Source: Negaprion brevirostris
Lineage: Eukaryota
NCBI GenBank assembly: GCA_030324005.1
Contig: JARDVH010000073.1
Span: 48,692,133-48,756,132, forward strand
DNA: 64,000 nt
Reading direction: 5' to 3'
Part shown: positions 22,901 to 31,630 of the stretch, piece after piece
Position numbering within the stretch: the first letter of the stretch is position 1
Layout: every line of letters starts with the position of its first letter
Made by a program: the position numbers and the translations under genes
The notes under the pieces: model-generated
What the model saw: only the letters and a program-made list of their open reading frames with translations
What the model was told of the DNA's origin: nothing
Database searches by the model: none

Positions 22901-25900
22901 AAAAAATAGACATGGATAATGTTAGATTTTTGGTAAACTCAGGATAAAGGTGGAGTCGGAGGGCAAAGAATTTAATAGACAACAAAACCAGTTAAGGAAT
23001 TAGAAAGTGGAGAATCAGAGTAAAGGGTAGTTTTGGAGGAAACTAGAAAGTGATGTTCCACAAGGATCAGTGCTGGGGCTGCTGTTATTCAAATCTTACA
23101 CTAGTGTTTTGGATTTAGGAATAAGCAACTCAATTTCAAAATTTGCAGATGATGCCAATAAACTGGGGGCCAGAGCTAACATTGAAGAAGAATGCAACAA
23201 AATAAGAAAGAACATTAGTAAATCAACAGTCTGCACAGTTAAGTGGCAAATAACCTTTAATATAAATGAATGTGAGGTGATGTACTTTAGAAGGAAAAAA
23301 ACAGAAACATCACCTATATCTCAGGAAACAAGAAACTAAATGGGGTGGAAGAACAAAGTCCTAGAGAGATAGCTGAATAAATCATTAAACACCATGCAAT
23401 AGTCTGTTGACCTCGGGCGTGATTTTCCAGTCTTGGGGCGAGTGCGGCCGGAAAATCCCGCCCAGTATCTCAAGTCAATAAATAAATTTAAAAAGCTAAC
23501 AAATCACTAAAATTTAGTTAAAGAAGTATAGATTTCAAAACTAGTAAATCAAGTAAATCAATGTTAAACTTGTATCGGACCCTGGTCATACTGCACTGGG
23601 TATGCTTGCACAGTTCCTGCCTAGATCCTATAAAAAAGACATCAAAGCTGTGGATAAAGTGCAAGAAAGATTTACAAGAATGGTTACCAGAGCTAAAATG
23701 ATTGCAGCTATTGGGGAAGATTGAATGAGTTGGGGCTTTTGCTTATAAGAAAGAGAAGGCACGGTGGAGTCCTAATAGAAGGTTTGAAAATGATGAATGG
23801 GTTGGACATGTTCGATAGGGACTGAGACTTTTACTATTTCTGGGAGAATCCAAATCCAGGGACCATAAATAAAGATAATTATGAATAAATTCAGTGTGGA
23901 AACAAAGAGATATTTCTTCACTCAGAGGGTAGTTAGAACATGGATGAAGATGAGTTTTATGTTTTCAGACGGAAACTAGACAAGTACATAAGAGTAAAGG
24001 GAATAGTAAAATATGTTGAGAAGCTGGAGTTGAGGCAAATGGAATTGAAGGCGGCTCCTCTGGAGTCCACAGAATGGGCCATTTCTCTGTGTGATTATGA
24101 AAATTACTATAGAATCTGCTTCCATCATCCCTGCAGTGCATTCCAGATCAGAACATGTGAAGCACACACACACACACACACACACACACAACAAAGCTGC
24201 TAAAAGGAGCTAATCTTGGTCTAATGCATTAATATTGATCATTTCTTCTTTGTTTCATTTACCCGCAGTGTTCTGTCAGTTGTGGTTCTGGGACGGTAAC
24301 CCGTCAGGTTGTGTGCACTAGCTACCACCATCAAATCACAGAAGAGAGTGCTTGCAATGCCATGGAGAAGCCATCTCAGGAGCAAGAATGCAGTATGCCC
24401 TTGTGCCCCCGGACACATCACCAGCACGACTACCCTGCGCACTTCCCACAGCATGACTATCCACATCCCCATGCGGATTACCCCTCCCAGGATGTGACTG
24501 GTCAGAATGTGTGGAACAGCCCATCAAGGGGGAGTCAATGGAGGACAGGACCTTGGGGAGCAGTAAGTGATGTGCATGGCTAAAAGGAATTTTGTTGAAC
24601 AGAATTGATCACTAGTTCTTTATTTTTTCAAGGTGTATATTTCAGAAAAACTGAACATTTCAAAACTAAAGCCAATAGATTTTTTTTAGGGAAGGCTATT
24701 AAGGTTTACAAAAATAAGACGGTAAACAGAGTTAAGATATCGATCAGCCATGATCTAATTTAATGGCGTAACATCTGAATGGCACACTCCTGTTTGAATG
24801 TAAACACAGTGCTGCAAGAAGCAAATGATAACGAGCTCTCAAATTATAAAGTAACCTCCAAAACTGGATGAGCACAAAATTGTCAGGTGCTGCTTTTTCA
24901 CTTACAATATTGAGTTTTTCTAAAAACATTTAGAGAAAGCTTATAAGAGCTGTCTCCTATCTAGAGATAGCGTCATTGAAAATAAGAACAGTGGGAAGGA
25001 TATTGTACCTTCTCTGAGAGCTCTTGACTATACTGAATATTTCATTCACAGCCCCAGGATTAGACTTTTTGTCACCTGTCCCTAATACCTCTTCATGTGA
25101 CTTGAATTCAACTTTTATTTGATAATGTTCCTGTGAAGTGCCATGGATATTTTACTATTTTAAAGGCATTATGTAAATACCAGTTATTGCATTGTTGTCC
25201 GTCCTTTGCCCAATCTGCCATGCACTAACCAGTTGACTAAAGAGTTTGTAAAGACGATAAAGCATAGTCGATCTTTACCTTTCAAGACCACTTCATAATG
25301 AACTAACTAATACTGAATAATGTGTTGACATCAAAAGATAATTTTCCTCACTTGGCGTTCCACGCATCCAGGAATTGGTGTGCTGCCATGCTAGTTTTTG
25401 AGTGAAAAATCATGTCATGTACGCCACATTTCCATGACGCACAGGTCAGCAGATTTGTGTTCCCTCCATCAGCCAAAAACACGAAAACCACATCCTAATT
25501 GTTCTAAAAATTGTCTATGTGTGGGTCAGGAATCTGAAGTTCATATGGAGTAAGAATCCATTTGATCCTGCTGCTTTGTCAAAAGATTTAAGACCCTAAA
25601 CTGAAGTGATTTTCCGGAGTTGCTTATTGACAAACAAAATATTTCAGTGCTCCAGCACCTGCACAGGTGGATTTCAGCGTCGAGTGGTTGTCTGCCAAGA
25701 TGTAGAAGGACGCACCGCCAACTACTGTGATGAGAGAGCGAAGCCTGCAGAGACCAGGCACTGTGATGCTGGAACCTGTCCTCATTGGAATTACGGGAAC
25801 TGGGGAGAAGTATGTATTCTGAGAATTGAATTGCATTTTCTAGAATTGACTTGATGCTTAAACATTGTGCTTCACACCCTTTCAGTTCTCTGTTGAAGTA

Positions 25901-28507
25901 CTTTATATTTACTGTTTAAGTTTTTTGATCATGACTTTTCATGAACAGCACAATTGATCTCATTTTGCACGTAGTTATCTATGATAATTGTGTGCTATTG
26001 CTACAGATATATATATAATATATATGTATGTGTATGTGTGTGTATATATTGTTTTTATGTTTTAGGGGACTGTTTATGGAATCAACTCTATTCTGCAGGC
26101 AGTTGGTGTGTCTGGAAAACATGTAGCTCAGATGTTGGGGGAGCAAGATAATTGCTCATTTTAGCTTTGTAGTGTTTACTTAGGGTAGAGGGAATAGATT
26201 TTTTTTGGATTGAATTTCCCCTGGCATTTTGATTAAAGGAATGGAAGGTGGGTTTAGATATGCAGAGTCACATGATGATGTGATTAATGGGAAGAGTGAG
26301 GTAAGGAGCAGAAAAACAACTTTTCAGTTCTCAATTGCTTAAGATGGAGCTTTTCTGAAAGCTGAAACTCATTCTCGCTCTCTCAAATCTTCCAAGACTG
26401 TCTGCATTCATAATAAATATATTTATGGATGCTGATTGTACTTAAAGTGACATTGTAAGTCTCAAAGAAGAATGTTGCTTGTTTGGAATTAAAACAGTGA
26501 TAAGTTAGAAATTAAAGTTGTTTCCTTTCATTTTTAAATATTGTTCAACTGTTAATAGTAAGCTGCTTCATTTGGTAGAGTTATAATTAAACTGTGTTAT
26601 TAAATAAAGTTTGTCTTACTATAAAAGATTCCTAATTTCTCAGTGGAATTGCTCCTGGAGCGAAATATCCTTTCCTCATATTAATGTCAAAATAGAAAAT
26701 TTATTGGGGTCTCATCTGGCTTCATAATATACATTGGGGTTCTGGTCTGGGACCCTAACATATCCTAAATAATATCCTTACACTCTGCCCTTGTGCTTGG
26801 TACTTGTGTAGTCAAGACCAAGTTGCTGAAGCAATTGACTAGATGTTACCCCACAAAATTTTGACTCCCAAAAAACTGTGATGTTTGGCTGCTCACTACC
26901 CAAACCCATTCATGACTGCATTTAGAAAATCATCAAAACGTTTTTGCAGATTTTCCAGTCAGTTGATGTGTTGTTGAAATTTGTTTCTGCCTTTTGCTTT
27001 TCATAGAATCCCTTCAGTGCAGAACAAGACCATTCGGCCCATCAAGTCTGCACCAATTCTCCAACAAAGCATTTTATCAAGGCCTAGCTCCTGCCTTAAT
27101 CCCATAACCACACATATTTATCCCGTTAATCCCCCTAACCTGCATATCTTGGGACACTAGAGGACAATTGAGCATGGCCAACACTTAACCTGCATATCTT
27201 TGGATTGTGGGAGGAAACCCATGCAGACATGCGCCAAACATGCAAACTCCATACTGATAGCTGCTTGTAAACAATGAAGAAACATATTATTTAAATCATC
27301 TGTTCAGTGGTATCACTTGCTTGCTGTTTTGTTGATGGTGTGGATGGTTTCCTGAGTGGCTGCACAATAGTTCGCACTGCTGCCTTACAGCACCAGGGAC
27401 TCGGGTTTGATTCCAGCCTCAGGTCACTGTCTGTGTGGAGTCTGCACTTTCTCCCTGTGTCTGNNNNNNNNNNNNNNNNNNNNNNNNNNNNNNNNNNNNN
27501 NNNNNNNNNNNNNNNNNNNNNNNNNNNNNNNNNNNNNNNNNNNNNNNNNNNNNNNNNNNNNNNNNNNNNNNNNNNNNNNNNNNNNNNGGATTTTCACTAT
27601 AACTTCATTGCAGTGTTAATGTTAGCCTAATTGTGACTAACAAATAAAAGTTTAAAACTTAAGTGGATTACACACACAATGCCCTCATAGCTATGAAGGC
27701 AGATATCCTGGCATGGGTTTGTCTAAGTCATGAGTTTCTCAGACAATCAAAGCTTTGAAATTGTTGGGTTACACAATCATGAAGTGATCTTCAGGTGCCT
27801 TGCCCCTAAAAGCACTGGAATTTCTTCCCTGGCCTTTGAAACAGTTCTTAAATCCTATCTTTTGGTCATCTATCCTAACATCTCCTTAGGTGGCTCTTGC
27901 CAGTGTTTTTGTTTGATAACACTCTGGTGAAGGGCCTTCATTGGAACATTTTACAATTTAAAGGAGCTTGTATAAATCCTGGTTGTTGTTGTCGATGGGT
28001 TGTGTTGTGTGTGAAACAACCACAGAATCCAAAAGCAATCATTTTGCCTAATGCTTTCAAAGCCTGTATTTGATGATTGCGATATTTTGTTTACAAGCAT
28101 AAAAATAANNNNNNNNNNGTTGCTGACTCCCCAACAAAATTCTATAATCAGAAAGCCAGTAAAGTCTTTGTGCCAAGACTAATGACTGATTGATCAAAGA
28201 CTGTGCAGCCCTGGCTACATGTTGTGGATTTAGCCTGTTAAGACACTTGGGATCATATCCCATTGTATTGCAGTTGTCATTTAACATATTGTCTGCCCTG
28301 TTCTCATTATGGTTTCTGATTGTTGTCCAGTGTACACAACCATGTGATGGTGGAACAAGAACAAGACTGGTCATCTGCCAACTTCCACATGGGCAAAGAC
28401 TGAGTGACCAAAGCTGTGATATCTTGGAGAAGCCTCCAGATAGGGAACAGTGCAACATGCATCCTTGTCCTGGTGGTGTTTCATGGCATCGAGGACCATG
28501 GAATTCG
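4894..28507 (+). CDS. ADAMTS20: ADAMTS20-like metalloprotease gene, internal multi-exon segment (spacer domain plus TSR array); gene extends upstream and probably downstream of the window
   Basis: 13 exons with AG/GT boundaries and matching phases splice into one open frame. Motifs as I recall them favour ADAMTS20 over ADAMTS9: [53 protein letters not shown]. Confidence 0.88.
5500..5810 (-). mobile_element. shark tRNA-derived SINE (second family; also at 22430-22790 on - and 50725-51065 on +)
   Basis: shared core 'gtaggccagaccaggtaaggatggcagatttccttccctaaaggacattagtgaaccagat' in three copies within the window. Confidence 0.8.
6283..6500 (-). mobile_element. V-SINE with the alternative tail
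   Basis: reverse complement of the 8447-8722 family (tttattagtgtcacaagtag...). Confidence 0.75.
6500..6800 (+). mobile_element. DeuSINE (Deu domain)
   Basis: 'cactgtcagaggtgcc...agatgagatgttaaatcaaggcc...aagatcctatgg' matches the Deu core as recalled. Confidence 0.65.
6943..7109 (+). CDS. ADAMTS20: ADAMTS20 exon, spacer domain ([56 protein letters not shown])
   Basis: tttaag|CG acceptor, CAG|gtagg donor, 167 nt, phase 1-0. Confidence 0.95.
7329..7458 (+). CDS. ADAMTS20: ADAMTS20 exon, end of spacer/start of TSR ([43 protein letters not shown])
   Basis: ctag|GTT acceptor, CAAG|gtaaac donor, 130 nt, phase 0-1. Confidence 0.95.
7526..7775 (+). mobile_element. 5'-truncated HE1-like SINE with an internal 52-bp tandem duplication
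   Basis: unit 'caaagatgtgcaggttaggtagattggccaatctaaattgccccttagtgtc' at 7526 and 7578, partial third at 7630. Confidence 0.8.
8296..8422 (+). CDS. ADAMTS20: ADAMTS20 exon, TSR ([43 protein letters not shown])
   Basis: tacag|GG acceptor, AAG|gtaaaa donor, 127 nt, phase 1-2. Confidence 0.95.
8447..8722 (+). mobile_element. V-SINE with the alternative tail, 25 nt after an exon donor
   Basis: tRNA head 'gcacagtggttagcactgctg...ttcaattcc', tail 'taatgtaagcctacttatgacactaataaat'. Confidence 0.8.
10041..10370 (+). mobile_element. HE1-like SINE, near full length
   Basis: gggcagcacggtagcactgctgc...ggttcgattcc (A/B boxes), V-domain, tail 'ttctatgatt'. Confidence 0.85.
10372..10472 (-). mobile_element. 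Penelope-like element terminal fragment with a degenerate hammerhead ribozyme motif
   Basis: minus strand 'agctttgacagtgggtcatccggacttgaaatgtcagctcttttctctcctgacagatgctgccagacctgctgagattttccagcattttct' resembles shark Penelope pLTR ends. Confidence 0.6.
10475..11045 (-). pseudogene. unidentified CpG-rich coding-like fragment (possible retrocopy), truncated by a gap
   Basis: protein-like frames on the minus strand linked by a frameshift, with one in-frame TGA; many CpGs, unlike the flanks. Confidence 0.35.
11146..11770 (+). mobile_element. two tandem HE1-like SINEs (11146-11395 and 11483-11770)
   Basis: each matches the 10041-10370 copy. Confidence 0.8.
11905..12115 (+). CDS. ADAMTS20: ADAMTS20 exon, TSR ([70 protein letters not shown])
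   Basis: ttctag|G acceptor, CAG|gtaat donor, 211 nt, phase 2-0. Confidence 0.95.
12502..12666 (+). CDS. ADAMTS20: ADAMTS20 exon, TSR ([55 protein letters not shown])
   Basis: polyT tract + ctcag acceptor, GAA|gtgagt donor, 165 nt, phase 0-0. Confidence 0.96.
13085..13565 (-). mobile_element. degenerate CR1 LINE 3' end
   Basis: antisense CR1 tail ('caggaattggaattggtcattc...') and 3' ORF2 remnants. Confidence 0.55.
14370..14560 (+). mobile_element. DeuSINE fragment
   Basis: 'ccatctgccctctcagctagacataaaagatcccatggcacta' Deu core. Confidence 0.65.
15066..15230 (+). CDS. ADAMTS20: ADAMTS20 exon, TSR ([55 protein letters not shown])
   Basis: ttttag acceptor, CAG|gtgagt donor, 165 nt, phase 0-0. 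Confidence 0.96.
15996..16115 (+). CDS. ADAMTS20: ADAMTS20 exon, TSR ([40 protein letters not shown])
   Basis: ttttcactag acceptor, CAG|gtaaag donor, 120 nt, phase 0-0. Confidence 0.95.
16185..16575 (+). mobile_element. Rex1/Babar-clade non-LTR retrotransposon 3' end
   Basis: degenerate translation [20 protein letters not shown]...PGHSL...[17 protein letters not shown]; ends in aatcaaatcaaa. Confidence 0.7.
16866..16973 (+). CDS. ADAMTS20: ADAMTS20 exon, TSR end plus linker ([36 protein letters not shown])
   Basis: cccag acceptor, CCA|gtaagt donor, 108 nt, phase 0-0; QWRFGSWTP motif. Confidence 0.94.
17494..18519. mobile_element. non-autonomous DNA transposon (PIF/Harbinger-like MITE), AAT target-site duplication
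   Basis: termini '...gattctccc' and 'gggagaatc...'; AAT at 17491-17493 and 18520-18522; an inverted sister copy lies at 60727-61611. Confidence 0.75.
18890..20330 (+). mobile_element. degenerate CR1 LINE 3' part, interrupted by an antisense L2-like fragment (~19185-19800)
   Basis: RT C-terminal remnants ('gttctccttggaatagagaaagttaagagatgacataata'); antisense ...[15 protein letters not shown]2-like text. Confidence 0.65.
21270..21434 (+). CDS. ADAMTS20: ADAMTS20 exon, TSR ([55 protein letters not shown])
   Basis: (gtt)n-gcag acceptor, TCT|gtaagt donor, 165 nt, phase 0-0. Confidence 0.96.
22330..24110 (+). mobile_element. degenerate CR1 LINE RT region with a nested SINE (22430-22790) and a mini-MITE (23415-23463)
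   Basis: [27 protein letters not shown] motifs. Confidence 0.8.
24163..24190. repeat. (CA)n microsatellite
   Basis: cacacaca run. Confidence 0.9.
24269..24562 (+). CDS. ADAMTS20: ADAMTS20 exon, TSR plus His/Pro-rich linker ([20 protein letters not shown]...[11 protein letters not shown])
   Basis: cccgcag acceptor, GCA|gtaagt donor, 294 nt, phase 0-0; ends in QWRTGPWGA. Confidence 0.95.
25648..25809 (+). CDS. ADAMTS20: ADAMTS20 exon, TSR ([54 protein letters not shown])
   Basis: tttcag acceptor, GAA|gtatgt donor, 162 nt, phase 0-0. Confidence 0.96.
25980..26760 (+). mobile_element. putative solo LTR with a 4-bp TSD (TATC)
   Basis: ends in ...ctaaca at 26760; TATC at 25976-25979 and 26761-26764; internal AATAAA; 5' end reads TA rather than the canonical TG. 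Confidence 0.5.
27002..27650. mobile_element. head-to-head SINE pair: HE1-like (-, 27002-27255) and V-SINE alternative tail (+, 27357-27650)
   Basis: both match other copies in the window. Confidence 0.75.
28331..28507 (+). CDS. ADAMTS20: ADAMTS20 exon, TSR ([59 protein letters not shown]); read-through adds VR and a stop at 28514-28516
   Basis: gtccag acceptor, weak TCG|gtacga donor, 177 nt, phase 0-0. Confidence 0.95.
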
Positions 28508-28516
28508 GTACGATAG

Positions 28517-31500
28517 TATTCTTTCTCTTTTTCTCGAGTGTTTGTATGAATCTACTCACTAATAATTGCAGGGAGATGTAATTAATTTTGTTCCTGAATG
28601 TAACATAAGCAGTAGGCACACAAGGAAATCTTTATGAGGAGAAGGGAGGGGTTAGAAGGCAAGCTGTTGCCAGGGATACATTCCACATAACTGTTCCATT
28701 TTCAGGTCAAGAACTGAGTTGGTGCTTTATGATAAACAAAAGACATTATTAAAGTCCTGTTAACCCAACAGCCTTTGAAGAATTTGGCTTCAATAGCCAC
28801 ATATGCCTAATTATAGAACTAAATAGCTGGCTGGTTTTAGATGTAGAAAGGAAACATTTTTATACAGGAAAAAGTAATGGTAATGTATGATTTGTTTTCC
28901 ATTGGTTTCACTTGGTTAATGGTTATCCTGTAATCACCATGAATAATTTGTAAATTTGTGTATAGGGAGTTCTTTATTAATAGCAATGGATCAAAACAGC
29001 AACACATGAAAAGCAGATCATTTGTATAATAGTGTAATTTTGTACAGACTGTATCTTTAATGTTTGTTTTAACTATGAATGCAATGAGGAAACTTTTTTA
29101 TGCACATTTTTTTAAATGCTATTTTTCTGAGGGGTGCTATTAATATCCACAGACACACTTTAAGGTCTGTATGCAAAAAAGCAACAAGAGCAAAGATTGC
29201 ACAATGGAAATGATGTGGGATTTGCTGTAATAAACCCTCTTCTCATTTCACAATCTAATGCAATGTATAACAAATGCAGATTGTACATGGACGGCAGAAT
29301 ATAATTAAAGTAACTTAGCTCTATTATCTTATATATGTAAAATACTTAAAATGGAAGATGAGTATTTATCTCATTATTGATGAACACTCTTTCTAAGTTC
29401 ACCAAGGAGCTGGATTCCATTCTCTTGGGCCTGTTCCTTGCTGAGAACCTCCAGTCACAGTTGGTGGATGCTCCATTAATGTCAGTGGCAATATTCTGAC
29501 ACAAAAGGGCAGTGACCCATAAAAACTACATGAGGAAAGTTGTAAACATTACAGGTACAAAAGTACCTGACACTTGAGGGCATGCTACCTCAGGATACAT
29601 TGAATTGAAGAGAATCAGATCAGTGCTATAGGAACTATTCTTTTTACTGCATTGGAAATGACTTAGTGACTACAAGTTTCATTGTGGTTACTTGTTTGTA
29701 GCATTTAACAGATGAATACCTCTAAACCTGCTGATCCAGGTACAATAGAACAAATTGCAAAATACCTCCATTCACTTGTGGTGACGCAACTTTTGATACT
29801 TCCTTTGTTACCAGCATTGTGAAAATTTTTAACTATATCTTTGAGCTTTCTGTTGACACTCAACACTGCAGTGTTTGGAGTTCTTACAGACTACAGGCAA
29901 CTGATCCTTTCATTAAACTAATTGGAAGTGTGGCAAAATCTTTCTTTTCCTGTTTTACCTTTTAAGGTACATAGTTATATGACAAATATTGCATATTTGC
30001 TCATACAGAAGATGGGTAAGCAGTTGGATATGTTACTTATTTGGCCTGTTTATATTGGTTACACTGGTAAACTCACTCTGAGCTATGGTTGCGGCAAGTT
30101 TCTCTTGCTGACAACTTGATATTTCACCTTGGTGGCCAGTGTGTCATTACCCTTTAACTATTACCAAACAAAATGCTTTAGGTTTTCTATCTTTATGTCA
30201 AACTGTGATCTTATAAGTCAATTGATTACATGTTTTAAGTCAAAGATCAATATTTTTTACTTAATCTTTGAATAATTTCCTTCCCAATCTGACTTATTTT
30301 TAAATTCCCGATCATCCCTTATTCTGAATATGACTATCTGACACTGATAGAACCCCTTTAAGTCAGTCAGTATTACGTTAATTTTTAATCTCCAATTCTT
30401 CATATATTTGATTTAAGTCCTCTTCCCTCATAAGAATACAATTGCTATCCCTCATCAGAGTAAGCCGAAGATATCACAGTGTCCTTGAACTTTGATCGTG
30501 AAACCAGAATGTTAGAGCACTTTAAGGAAATTGATTGCTCATTTTAAATTCACTGGGAAATATAAGAGGTGTTTGAGTGTACTGCTACATAAAAACTGAC
30601 CTCAATTACCCATTTATAGGCCATCATTGCAAAGGCTTTGTCCAGGCAGATTATTTTATTCCTCTTGAATGAGAAAGGAACCTTAATATTTGCAGTAGCA
30701 GTGAAGATCATCAGAGGCTGGAAAAAAATATCAGCAAAGGCTTACCCGAAGTATGTGCCAACCTTTAGTTATTTGAACTCAAGTGGATATAGTTGGATAA
30801 CCATCAAACGTGACATTCTTTTCTCATATTAGTCAAGAAAATAACCCAAAAGACCTGCTCAAGGTGCTCATCATTTCCATGGAAAGAATTTTGACCAAGC
30901 TTTCTAAGTCCTTCCACACATGAAGCTCTCATTTTAGGTGTGTTAATGATGAAAATGTGACACTCTCCTCACCACTCAGGCCCAAATGAAAAAGGTTAAG
31001 AAAATGCTTTTCAACAAAGAAACTGTTAAGTTTTATTCAATTGAGCAGAATTAAATTTAATTCTAAAGAAGACCTCACATTGCCTGCCAGGTATCATGTT
31101 CGAGTAGCCAGCAACAACCATGTTCTCTGTCAATGATGGATTGTAAATAATAACGACTTGTTCACTCAGCAAGTGTGATTTGCATTTTGATTTGCTTTTT
31201 TGTCAGTTTGTCCTGTGTTTCTCAAGTCAAATATTGTGATCTTCCTGTTTTCTGTTTGCTAACATTCATGTGTTCACGATGCAATTTATTTTTGTTGGCC
31301 CGTGCTTCTATTTAATACACTCTTCATTTCTTGTTACTTGTAAATTGTGATGCATGACTTGCCTAAGGCACTGTGAGCAAGATCTCCATGGATAAGCCCA
31401 CCTTTGCCCATCTGAAATAACCAGTAGGTAAAATGCTGCATCATCAGCGCTGAAGACACTTAAAATCCTTTTTTTAAAGTGTATTTATTTTTACATTCTT

Positions 31501-31630
31501 TCAGTGATAATATTTATTTTAGATGACATATGAAAAAATAATTACTTTGTTCACAAACTTATTTTCAAATTGTAAAATATTAAAGAGTACAATATTGTAG
31601 AATTTATCTGGTGTTTTTATTATGGTGCAA
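28517..31630 (+). promoter_or_regulatory. putative alternative 3'UTR of a short ADAMTS20 isoform (intronic polyadenylation)
   Basis: AT-rich, no recognisable SINE/LINE over ~3 kb; AATAAA at 29229; ATTAAA at 31579 followed by a GT-rich element; TGTAAATA at 31142; TATTTATT tracts; miRNA seed matches. Confidence 0.55.

Noticed and set aside
4894-28507. ADAMTS9 as the gene identity
   Set aside because: Some motifs are shared, but the CMKY, CMNN.G, CFSPCG.W and CHGDC segments fit ADAMTS20 better as I recall the paralogues; phylogeny or synteny would settle it.
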